Below are positions 1 to 9,327 of a DNA stretch of 51,492 nt, one piece after another. The notes beneath the pieces are model-generated. The model made no database searches, was not told where the DNA came from, and saw only the letters and a program-made list of their open reading frames with translations. Origin of the DNA: a virus (taxonomy: Duplodnaviria > Caudoviricetes). The position numbers were made by a program, and so were the translations under genes. Where the stretch lies: IMG/VR virus record IMGVR_UViG_3300032163_000020, positions 1 through 51,492 of that record; one strand, written 5' to 3'. Every line of letters starts with the position of its first letter. Position 1 is the stretch's first letter.

Positions 1-149
1 GCGTAGGCATCACTGAATTCACATGCATTAAATCTTCAAACAAAAAGTTTATTGCTTGCCATCCAAGTATGAACCAAGCAACATTCTTAAACGCTTGTGC
101 CTTCGACACAGTAGGATTTTTAATTCCTGCTATATCATGTATAATATTT
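1..149. repeat. Terminal direct repeat, copy 1 (circular overlap)
   Basis: 1-149 equals 51344-51492 except C127 vs T51470. It lies inside a coding frame that continues across the junction. Confidence 0.95.
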
Positions 150-3100
150 CCCCATTGATTAATAGTGAAAGTCTGTAATGTCGTACCAGTCCTACCCTCC
201 TCTGTCCTTTGTATCGGTGCAATATGACCAGGCAAGCCTGACCCTTGCGTCTTTATTATCACATCATCCGCATACTCCATTATGCTACGTTCATCCTGTA
301 ACTTTAATACCCTTCTTGCATGTGCCTCCGCCCCAAGCCAACCAGAGGTAGCCATAAAGTTATCAGCCAGCAATCCAAGCTTTGTTCCAAACTCACTTAC
401 ATTTTCTTTACCCTTAAAGTAATACTCCCCCGCTTTACCAAGATAGAAAAACTTCTTATTCTCCGCATAATCTACCAAATCCTTTATCGCAACATCTACC
501 TGTTTATTTCTTGGGAGTAAAGCATTACTTCTATCCTGCGCCCTCTTAAATTCACTTGGATTCATGGCTTTAAATATACCTAAAGCAGTATGTGGTCCAC
601 CAATCATACCCATCGTTCCTACAACCGATCCCGCTTGTGTATAAACAAATCTTGTGCTAAATGATAATAGATTCATCACAAGATTATTCCTAAGCACACT
701 CATACCCTTCTTAACTAAAGGCATTCCATCAAATATTGAAACTGGCTGTATCCCAAGCAAAGAGTCTTTCATCTCCATTAACTCTCTCGCCCATCTTGGT
801 GTTTGCAGTTGTAGTGAAACCGGCTTCACTTTCCTATTCACTGTAGCATCACCATATGGATCTTTCGCAGCATCTATATTCTCCCCTTTAGCAAAGGGGT
901 AATACAGTGCATTTATATACGATGCAAATGGTGTAAACTCAAGATGCTTAATAGACGCATTTGAGTAACGCCTAAGTATGCCAAAAGCATCCATATCTAA
1001 ATTACCTAACTCTGTCATACGTTTCTTAAACCCAAAGGCAGTTTCGTTTGGATGCACATTTCTGAAATCAACATTCTTTATAGCATCTTCATAAGCTTCT
1101 TGAGTAGTTGATAAAGGGTCTTTCCTATGTGTACGGAGATAATTTTCTACTCTCCAAAGCGTAGTATACTCCGCTCTATACACGATAGGCTTCAACCCAT
1201 TCTTAACCATCATCTCATTAGTTTTACTAAACCACTCTTCATACTGTGACCTAATCCATTTATATCCTTCCATCTCTTTTCGTGTAAGGGTTGGGGTAGA
1301 AATCCCTACTTTCTTAAGAAACTCTTTGCCACCATCTTGTCTTGAGATAGCAAAAATACCAATGTTTCGTGAAGCTTTATCCCCACCGAATTCTTTAAGC
1401 TTAGCGTTTATCCGCTCTTCATTAATTAACTGTGATACAATCTTTTGCTTCTCCGCAGCATTATACTTAAACTTAATTTCTTCCCATTTAGTCCCTGGAT
1501 TAAGTTGCTGCATAATATCGCATGCTCTTGGAAAGTTAAGAAACTTACCTCCTAAAGTAAATATGTTTCCTTCAGGCAGGTCTACCACAGTTAACTTTAC
1601 CAAGTTCATATCCCTTTCCGATGCGATCATCTGCCCTCTACGAACTTTTGCAGGCGTTGTAGCACTACCAAGACCATCATCACTATTCTTTTGGATTGCG
1701 ACAACAATACCTCTTTGCTCCTGCGCTGCTAACCACGCTTTATGAAGGTATGGCCTTATACGATCATCCCCTACCTCTTTCACAATCTTGTTTGCCCAGT
1801 TGTAGAAGTCAGTCCCACTTTTGGTGCGCTCCATATGTCCAATCGCAGATTCGATTAAGGCTCCTGAAAGAGCAACAGGGTTCATGTGAAGGGTGGTGTT
1901 GTTGAATTTAGAATCTACTTCAGTAAGGCGTTCATCAGATATAATACGGCCTTGTTTAACTTCACCTTTACCTTCCCCTTTAACCTTCACTGGATTCACA
2001 ATCGCATCAACTTGTTCCTTGAACTCTTTGTTTAAGGTGTCGTTGATTTTAGCATATTCTGCTTCACTCATAACCTTAGGTTCGGCACTTGCAGGAGAGG
2101 TGAATAAGGGTTGTCCCTTATACAAGAGATCAGCCTTCATTTCAGGAGTGATGGAGATGGATTGGAACTTACCACCTTTGTTAATGTTCTGCAAAATTGT
2201 CTTATCCACCTTCCCTCCCCACTTCTTCCCATACTTCTCCATAAACTGGGGGATCATCTTGTCGTAGAGATTGTGAGCCCACTCACCGCCGACTTTGAGG
2301 TCGAGGCCGGAGTATGTTTTATCAGTTACCTTACCTGATTCTCTTGAAACATCATCTATAATCTTCTGTGCCAAATCTTTACCCACATAGTCTTGTAAAG
2401 ATTCCTTAGAAACACCATGTATCTTAGATAAACCACTTTTCCCTTTTTCTTGATAACTTATACTATATAAACCATTAGGAGAGATTTCAGCATTTACATT
2501 ATCTAAGTGCTTACTCAAATCATACCTCTTCGCTGTCTCTTCCCCATTAATCCAACTTACCTTATCATAACCTTCTTCAGCTGCCATGCGGAGGATACGT
2601 TTCATAGCGAGTTCGTGAGGGGCTTTGAGGAAGGGGGCATCGGGGACTCCCTTACTTCCCATTTCCTCTATATAGCTATTTTTATCTACCTCAGATAGTT
2701 TATTCCACTTTTCATCTGGTATATCAAAATACCTTTTAGCACCTTCTTGTGTCCCAGAAGTCCCTTCCTTCCTCGCCTTCAGCCCCCAATCACTCTGCAC
2801 TTCTTCTACAAACAAAACCTTCTTCCCTTGAGCATCTACTCTATCATTAAGGCGGACATGGACAACTATTCCTTTTTCAGGAAAATGTGGGCCAACAAAT
2901 GTACCTTTAGGCCATATTAATTCCACTTCCCTATAATTCTCACCGCCGGGGAGAGTGTGCTGGGAGAATTTGGTGTCGCGCTTCCCTTTAGTTACATCCA
3001 CAACTTTAACTTCATTCTCTTTCAAGAACTTCTGTAACTCAACTTTACTTACCTTATCCTTCCCCTTCAAGAACTCTTCAACTCCTGACCATTTTACTTC

Positions 3101-6100
3101 TTCAGATGAAACCTGCTTCAACATCCCTCTCACCTGTTCCACCGTTGCACTATTTCCCATCTTATTCTCAACAATCTTCTGCAATCCAGAGTAAAACATG
3201 GGTGTAGCCTTCATCTCCTTCTTCGCTTGCTCCCAAGCCTTAACCGCATATCCTCTCGCCATCTCTCCAAACTCACCCACAATCTTCTTCACAAACTCTT
3301 GCACACTATCCAACCCGCGCTCGATATGATACACCGCTACATCTTTCAACGCCTTAAGATAATCAACCCCAGGCGCACCACCGAACAATTTATTTTTACT
3401 ATAATTCCTAATAAAGTCTTTAGCCTTCTGCACCTGCTCTTCTGTCATCCTTGGCCTTGGCGCAGTAACATCAGCAACAGGATGCGTCTCGATCTCCTTC
3501 AAATCCTCTACTGTAGGCTCCTCTTGATTCGCAATCGCTTCCCAATCTGCATGTTCAGGATCAACTAATACTTTAACTGCATCTTTCACCATCCGTTCGG
3601 GTGGTGACATTGCCTTTCGTTCTGCATCAACAATCTGTTTCCATTGTTTCTCAAGCACATCGTTAGGTAAACTCCGTGAATCGCGTAGCTTCATCGCCAC
3701 ACGAAGTTCTTGCTTCATTCCCATAATTTGTTTATCAATAACATTCTTCTCTTTAGTTGTAGCAGCCTCTGCTTTAGCTTTAATTAATGGAAGTGTGTGC
3801 TGATAAGCAGTTTCAGGAGTGAACTTTGCAGCTTCAGCAGGAGTTTCTGCAACAGGTTTCTCAGCAACCACCGGTTCTGCCGCAGCAAATGCTTCCCTAA
3901 CCTCTGGCGTCACATTACTATTCTTCAAGGCTTCCAGTTGTGCCTGCACCTCAGGAATCTTTTTCTCCAGTCGATCTATCTCATCTTGATTAAGTGACTG
4001 ATGAACCTCATCTTTCCCTGGAACTTCCTTCCTAATCGTAAGCATCTCTTGCATCAGTCCTAAATTACGAGTGAGGGATTCAACAGTATTTTTGCGTTCC
4101 ACAACACGATTATCAACAGGCTGTGCGCTCACACCTTGATCGGCAATTGGCGGGGCAACTTCTGCTGTTAAAGTTGGTTCAACTTTTGCTTCAACTTTCC
4201 CTATATCTCCAGCCCCAGTTGAAAGAATCTCATCAGGTTCTGCAACAATAGGAATCTCATCTCCCTTCATTTTTGCTGCCTTCACCGCTTCATCCACACT
4301 CTGCTTAAACTTCTGATTCTCTGGTTTAGCTATTTCATTTTCAATATCAGCCATATCTGCAACCATAGCTTCTAATGGCTTTTCTCCATCATTAACCCTT
4401 TGCTGCCATTTCATTTCCGCAAGGTTTTTATACCAACCTTCCAACCTTGCAACTCTTGCTTTAAGATAATCAGATGCCCCAGGAACTGACTTAATCAAAT
4501 TAATATATCCATCAATCCTCTCAACTGCATTACCTGTAACATTCTTTACAAGGACATCCGCCACTTCTTGTGCCGTCTCAGGATTAACTTTCTCCATTTC
4601 AGTAATCCTAATCGTTAATGCCTTAATAAACGCCTCGTGTTTATTTTTAGCTTCAAGTGCTTTATTCATGTAGAACGCAGACTCCGCGCCTGACTTCGCT
4701 ACATAATCATCAGCAAGCCGCTCAAGTCCTTTCCAACTTGATAAATCTGCTGCTGGGATAGGTTTATCCGAAAGAGCAGTCCTTACCATATTCTCTTCTT
4801 TAGCTTCCTTTTGTGCCGCACCCATCTCTTTCTTAGATAAAGGTTCAACCGCAGGTAAAGTCACAGGTTCAGTCGGAGCAGTTTCTAACGCTGGTGGAAG
4901 TTTCTTCTCCTTCACCCCTATCTCGCCAAACATAGCAGACAGTGTATTACGAAGGTCAGTGTTCTTCCCTTTAATTAAATCAACCGCAACTTGCTCTTTC
5001 TCGCCCGACAACGCTTTATCAAATGCGTCAAACTGTTCAGGATGATTCTTGAGCATATCTTGTAATCCTGCAATAACGTCGATCTTGGTTTTAATCGCAC
5101 CCTGCACATCCCCATCTTTATCCTGTGCATCATATTGCTCTTTCCCAAGTTTATCTGTGTTAGACATCGGTATAAGTTTACCAATCTGTTCGTGTATAGG
5201 TTTAGTCTTAGCAAGAAAGAATATATTCATTACTGTACTTAAATGTGTTTCTAATTCATTTAAATCTATCTTTTCGCCTGATGCACCTTTTGCTACTGTA
5301 TCTACAAATTTATCAATCGTGAACTGCCCCCCATTTTGAGCAAGATCAAGCAAAGGTACACCAACTGCTGTACGTAAGAATCCATTTTTTATAGCCCCAA
5401 ATGGGCCGAATGCTGTATTTATAATCGCCATAGATTTTGCTGCATCAACAATCTTTTTTCCTGCATCAACCACATTTTCACTTTGCCCTATCGCTGGCAA
5501 AGTTTCCATAGCCGCTCCAGCAGCAGCACCTACTATAGCTTCACGTCCTAATGTCCTTAAATAATTAATAGCAACTGGCGAACCTTCGACTGCGGCAAGT
5601 GTTCCAGTAAATACTTTTCTTGCAGCACCAAACACAGAAAGCATCCCAACAACTTTTGCTCCCATGCTTGCAGTAGTCTCAATAGCTGCTGCTCTGTTTT
5701 GCCAAATATTGCCTTCCTCTTGCTCAGGTTTTGGAATAGAACCACTTACAAAAGAGTTTATTCCTGTAACTTGGTCTATTCCTCTCGCTATAACTCTACT
5801 CACCGCAGATACTGCTGCTCCCACTGGTGTTTCTGCAAAATCAGCGTATTGTTTCTCAATACTCCCTTTCTCAATCAACCCTGCTTTCTCTGCAGCCCAT
5901 ACATTAATTCCAAGAGGTGTTGCATTAATAACATTGTGTGCTGTTTTCTCATTAAAATCTCGTATTGTATTCTTTACATCAGGATGCCATCCAAGTAAAG
6001 CATATGTACCGGTTTTTGCTGACTCCCACGCACCTTGCATGTTCTCAAGACTGTAAGTATCAGGTGCCTTTGGTGCGAATGGCTTCAACAGTTGCTGTTT

Positions 6101-6256
6101 AAACTGGTCTTGCACATCATCACTTTGGTATCTAAACGAAGGACTTTCTTTCTTCATTTGTTCTATATAATTAGCCGCAACTCTATCCTTCACCTCATAA
6201 GGTTGATCCTCAAAGCCTTTACCAGCAGTTACTTCTTCCCAAGGTATTATTGCCAT
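1..6256 (-). CDS. Giant virion/DNA-ejection (large polyvalent-type) protein, N-terminal ~2,085 aa; continues across the contig junction to 50886 (~2,237 aa total)
   Basis: ATG at 6256 (MAIIPWEEV...) overlaps the end of the upstream gene. I found no in-frame stop down to position 1. The frame matches ORF 50886..51452 through the repeat. It is the last gene of the structural operon. Confidence 0.85.
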   Translation of the reverse strand, partial: MAIIPWEEVTAGKGFEDQPYEVKDRVAANYIEQMKKESPSFRYQSDDVQDQFKQQLLKPFAPKAPDTYSLENMQGAWESAKTGTYALLGWHPDVKNTIRDFNEKTAHNVINATPLGINVWAAEKAGLIEKGSIEKQYADFAETPVGAAVSAVSRVIARGIDQVTGINSFVSGSIPKPEQEEGNIWQNRAAAIETTASMGAKVVGMLSVFGAARKVFTGTLAAVEGSPVAINYLRTLGREAIVGAAAGAAMETLPAIGQSENVVDAGKKIVDAAKSMAIINTAFGPFGAIKNGFLRTAVGVPLLDLAQNGGQFTIDKFVDTVAKGASGEKIDLNELETHLSTVMNIFFLAKTKPIHEQIGKLIPMSNTDKLGKEQYDAQDKDGDVQGAIKTKIDVIAGLQDMLKNHPEQFDAFDKALSGEKEQVAVDLIKGKNTDLRNTLSAMFGEIGVKEKKLPPALETAPTEPVTLPAVEPLSKKEMGAAQKEAKEENMVRTALSDKPIPAADLSSWKGLERLADDYVAKSGAESAFYMNKALEAKNKHEAFIKALTIRITEMEKVNPETAQEVADVLVKNVTGNAVERIDGYINLIKSVPGASDYLKARVARLEGWYKNLAEMKWQQRVNDGEKPLEAMVADMADIENEIAKPENQKFKQSVDEAVKAAKMKGDEIPIVAEPDEILSTGAGDIGKVEAKVEPTLTAEVAPPIADQGVSAQPVDNRVVERKNTVESLTRNLGLMQEMLTIRKEVPGKDEVHQSLNQDEIDRLEKKIPEVQAQLEALKNSNVTPEVREAFAAAEPVVAEKPVAETPAEAAKFTPETAYQHTLPLIKAKAEAATTKEKNVIDKQIMGMKQELRVAMKLRDSRSLPNDVLEKQWKQIVDAERKAMSPPERMVKDAVKVLVDPEHADWEAIANQEEPTVEDLKEIETHPVADVTAPRPRMTEEQVQKAKDFIRNYSKNKLFGGAPGVDYLKALKDVAVYHIERGLDSVQEFVKKIVGEFGEMARGYAVKAWEQAKKEMKATPMFYSGLQKIVENKMGNSATVEQVRGMLKQVSSEEVKWSGVEEFLKGKDKVSKVELQKFLKENEVKVVDVTKGKRDTKFSQHTLPGGENYREVELIWPKGTFVGPHFPEKGIVVHVRLNDRVDAQGKKVLFVEEVQSDWGLKARKEGTSGTQEGAKRYFDIPDEKWNKLSEVDKNSYIEEMGSKGVPDAPFLKAPHELAMKRILRMAAEEGYDKVSWINGEETAKRYDLSKHLDNVNAEISPNGLYSISYQEKGKSGLSKIHGVSKESLQDYVGKDLAQKIIDDVSRESGKVTDKTYSGLDLKVGGEWAHNLYDKMIPQFMEKYGKKWGGKVDKTILQNINKGGKFQSISITPEMKADLLYKGQPLFTSPASAEPKVMSEAEYAKINDTLNKEFKEQVDAIVNPVKVKGEGKGEVKQGRIISDERLTEVDSKFNNTTLHMNPVALSGALIESAIGHMERTKSGTDFYNWANKIVKEVGDDRIRPYLHKAWLAAQEQRGIVVAIQKNSDDGLGSATTPAKVRRGQMIASERDMNLVKLTVVDLPEGNIFTLGGKFLNFPRACDIMQQLNPGTKWEEIKFKYNAAEKQKIVSQLINEERINAKLKEFGGDKASRNIGIFAISRQDGGKEFLKKVGISTPTLTRKEMEGYKWIRSQYEEWFSKTNEMMVKNGLKPIVYRAEYTTLWRVENYLRTHRKDPLSTTQEAYEDAIKNVDFRNVHPNETAFGFKKRMTELGNLDMDAFGILRRYSNASIKHLEFTPFASYINALYYPFAKGENIDAAKDPYGDATVNRKVKPVSLQLQTPRWARELMEMKDSLLGIQPVSIFDGMPLVKKGMSVLRNNLVMNLLSFSTRFVYTQAGSVVGTMGMIGGPHTALGIFKAMNPSEFKRAQDRSNALLPRNKQVDVAIKDLVDYAENKKFFYLGKAGEYYFKGKENVSEFGTKLGLLADNFMATSGWLGAEAHARRVLKLQDERSIMEYADDVIIKTQGSGLPGHIAPIQRTEEGRTGTTLQTFTINQWGNIIHDIAGIKNPTVSKAQAFKNVAWFILGWQAINFLFEDLMHVNSVMPT

Positions 6257-7182
6257 ATCGCTGGCCCTTTATGTTCTGGATATGCAAGTTTTTCCCACTC
6301 CTCGCGAGGATCGTTGGATGTACTACCAGTAGAAGCAGCACCAGTATCAGGATCCACCCCATACCTTTTATAAATAGCCGCAAGTCCTGATTGTCTTTGA
6401 ACTTCTAATGCATCTACAGCATTTTGTGCTTCAGTAGGCTTAGCACCCCAACCAAAGAATCCTGAAGTTTTGCCAAGCTTACCTAATTTGGTTTGTGTAG
6501 AAATTTTACCCTTCACATATATATTCTCCTGTTGTGCTATAGCACTCTCCATCTTCCCTGATGTTGCAACATCTTTCGCTACATCAAGTCGGCCTTGCTC
6601 AATCACAGTCCTCTTCTGCTCTTCAGCAACCCTCAGTGCATCAAGCCCACTCTGTGTAGCAAATTTAGATTTCTCATTCGCAAATTGTTCCTTCTTCAAT
6701 CCAAAGTCATCCGCCATCTTACCTAACAGTGCATTTTGATACGAAACATTTTCGCTATGGCTCGCCGCATCAAGCGATAATCTACCCAACCCAAGTTGAT
6801 ACGCTTGGTCTTGCCCTCGCATTGTGATATCCTGGCCTCTTGCAGATGTTGATGCCTCTGTATCTTGCCCTCTTTGCTTCATCACATCACTTACCATCCC
6901 ACCAACTACATTTGCAAGTCCACTATATATCTGTGCGGCTCTCGCTTTGTGTGTCCCTTGTGCTTTTTCCATAAGTGAATTGAAGGTATCCAACAACCCA
7001 GAAACTCTTTTATCATCAAACACCTTCGGTGTGGGTGGTGCGGGGTTGGTGCTGTTATTTTGATCATATCTCTCTTGTTGTGCATTAGCCACCATTGGAC
7101 TTGTTGTAGTAGAAGGTGGATAGATAGTTCCATTCTCACCACTAAATGCTTCTACATCTTCATCTGTGTATGTTCTTGCCAT
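6247..7182 (-). CDS. Putative internal virion/ejection (pilot-like) protein
   Basis: 311 aa, Ala/Gly/Gln-rich and helical, with three RGQD motifs. GGAGG RBS. Lies directly before the giant gene. Confidence 0.6.
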   Translation of the reverse strand: MARTYTDEDVEAFSGENGTIYPPSTTTSPMVANAQQERYDQNNSTNPAPPTPKVFDDKRVSGLLDTFNSLMEKAQGTHKARAAQIYSGLANVVGGMVSDVMKQRGQDTEASTSARGQDITMRGQDQAYQLGLGRLSLDAASHSENVSYQNALLGKMADDFGLKKEQFANEKSKFATQSGLDALRVAEEQKRTVIEQGRLDVAKDVATSGKMESAIAQQENIYVKGKISTQTKLGKLGKTSGFFGWGAKPTEAQNAVDALEVQRQSGLAAIYKRYGVDPDTGAASTGSTSNDPREEWEKLAYPEHKGPAIWQ

Positions 7183-7194
7183 TATCTATCCTCC

Positions 7195-9327
7195 TTATAT
7201 TGTAGTATCATCATAATTATGATTTTCTGAATAATGATATTCCAAGTCTGCTCTTCCCTCTGCGGCTATACTCGCTTGTGCGCTCACACTGGTCAGCGAC
7301 GAAGCCATAATTTGCGCTGCAAGTTTACCTATCTCACTAAGTGTACCAAGAATCATTGTTTTAGTACGTTCATAATTCCCTATCTCTATCTCGGCATTTC
7401 TCAGTTTAACCTGTGCTTCCGCAATCGCTTTCTGCACATTAGCATCATATACCTTTGCATCAAGAGATCCAAGCACCTCATATGCCTTTGCAATAGAATC
7501 GAAGGTAGCGGCTTCAACCGTCATTGCCTTCATTCCAGTTTCAGCTTTAGATAAACCTACAGCAAGTTTACTCTTAAATATATCAGCCTCACCAAGATAG
7601 TGTTTAAGCTGTTCATCATTATACATCAACTTTGATTTCATATTCTCAACCATCACACTATATTTAGTAGCAATCCCAGAAAGTTGAGCTTTATAGGTTT
7701 CAACTTGTAATGCAAAAGCACGTTGTTTTGCCTCTTCGCCTCTTACCTTTGCATCGAACAATCCATATTCTGCCGTTTTAACTTGTGCTCTAGCTACCAT
7801 TGCTTCAACTTTAATTTTAAGTTCTTCAATCTTATATTTCTCAAACTCAAATTCAGCAAGTTTAGCCTTAATAGTTTCTGCATACGCCCCAACCACTGTG
7901 TTATATACACTGGCTTTAGTTGCGTATACTTTTGCTCTAAGTTCAACTTCTTCCAGTTTCGTCTTCTCATATTCAAATTTATTTAAAGCAGCTTTAACAG
8001 TCTCTCCATATGCTCCAACTGTTGCGGAGTATGCAGCAACCTTCTTCCCATAAATATCGGCCTTCAATCCTTCAACGGTTGCAAAGCCCTTTGCTGCTTC
8101 AACTTCGCTTGTATATGCTTGCAACTTATAAAACCCAGCTTTTACCTTTGTGTCCCATATTGCTATCTTAGTCTTAAACTCTTCTAACTTGATATTCAAT
8201 TTACTTACTTCAGTATTCACAATCTTTATAGCGATATTAAAGTTCTCAACAACAGCTTGAAGAGCTCTATTCCTTATATTATTCAAATAGTCCATAGCTT
8301 TGCCTTCAAACACTGTTCCTACTTCGACCGCCTTATGGATATTTGCTTGTTCAAGCTTCCACACTTCTACAAGTATAGCATTTGATTTATCAATCCTGGC
8401 GTTCATCCACTCTAATTCAGTAGATAAAACCTTCTTCTCAATATCCCCTGTAGGTAAATCAAACCCTCTCTTCGACCATACCTGTATAACTGAATCAATA
8501 GAATCCGCTTTTGCTTGCGTTGCTCTTACTACATCCCTTGCATATTCTGCTTCCTGTACATTTTGTGGCATTCCTGTACCACCGGTTGTAAGAGCAGCGT
8601 TATACCAATTCTGGAGATTGACAAATAAAGTTGAGGTATATTCAGGATCATCTGTACTTGACCAGTCTATTCTCTTTTTATCATAGTCAAAATCTAAACC
8701 TAATTCATCAAGTTCGTCGATGAATGGATCTACTGTAAAAATGGGAGGTGGGCCAATCGTAGGATAAGTAACTGTAGGCGCAGTCTCACTAAACACCGCA
8801 GGTTCTGTAGGTAATGTAGGTCTATCTAAAGGTAGCATAGTTAAATCTACTGTTTCAGTAAATGCAGTTGGTTCAGTAGGCAATACAGGTTTATTCATTT
8901 GATCTAATGTTAAATCAGTATTATCACTAAAAACTGCAGGTTCAGTAGGTGGATTATATACAGGAGGTGTGTCTGTAAAACCTGGAACGGTTTCAATACT
9001 TACAGGATCAACAGTTATAAAAGCTGGGTCATCCGGAGTTTCAAACTCATCTAAAGCACTTAGAATATCATTAACTTTAACTTCTACATCCGCAATATTA
9101 GGAATCTCTTGCTTTAAATCATCAAATGCAGGAGGGTCGTTTACATCATCTATTTCTACATCCGCATCTTGTGTTTTTAGAGCGGTTAACGCTTTCTCTA
9201 ACTGTAACAATATATCTGTAACAACTTTATACATATCTGCAGTATACTTTATTGCCGCATCAAATTTTCTTTCAACAACCCCTGTAGAGCTGTCTACAAT
9301 TCCATCAACTCTGGCACTTACACTCAT
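7195..9327 (-). CDS. Putative internal virion/ejection protein with Pro-rich repeats and a long coiled coil
   Basis: 710 aa. Three PTEP(A/T)xF repeats, then an extended amphipathic helical region. Confidence 0.6.
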   Translation of the reverse strand: MSVSARVDGIVDSSTGVVERKFDAAIKYTADMYKVVTDILLQLEKALTALKTQDADVEIDDVNDPPAFDDLKQEIPNIADVEVKVNDILSALDEFETPDDPAFITVDPVSIETVPGFTDTPPVYNPPTEPAVFSDNTDLTLDQMNKPVLPTEPTAFTETVDLTMLPLDRPTLPTEPAVFSETAPTVTYPTIGPPPIFTVDPFIDELDELGLDFDYDKKRIDWSSTDDPEYTSTLFVNLQNWYNAALTTGGTGMPQNVQEAEYARDVVRATQAKADSIDSVIQVWSKRGFDLPTGDIEKKVLSTELEWMNARIDKSNAILVEVWKLEQANIHKAVEVGTVFEGKAMDYLNNIRNRALQAVVENFNIAIKIVNTEVSKLNIKLEEFKTKIAIWDTKVKAGFYKLQAYTSEVEAAKGFATVEGLKADIYGKKVAAYSATVGAYGETVKAALNKFEYEKTKLEEVELRAKVYATKASVYNTVVGAYAETIKAKLAEFEFEKYKIEELKIKVEAMVARAQVKTAEYGLFDAKVRGEEAKQRAFALQVETYKAQLSGIATKYSVMVENMKSKLMYNDEQLKHYLGEADIFKSKLAVGLSKAETGMKAMTVEAATFDSIAKAYEVLGSLDAKVYDANVQKAIAEAQVKLRNAEIEIGNYERTKTMILGTLSEIGKLAAQIMASSLTSVSAQASIAAEGRADLEYHYSENHNYDDTTI

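Noticed and set aside
1-149. 149-bp repeat as a biological direct terminal repeat
   Set aside because: It falls mid-gene and is about read or k-mer length, so it is better explained as assembly overlap of a circular or permuted genome.
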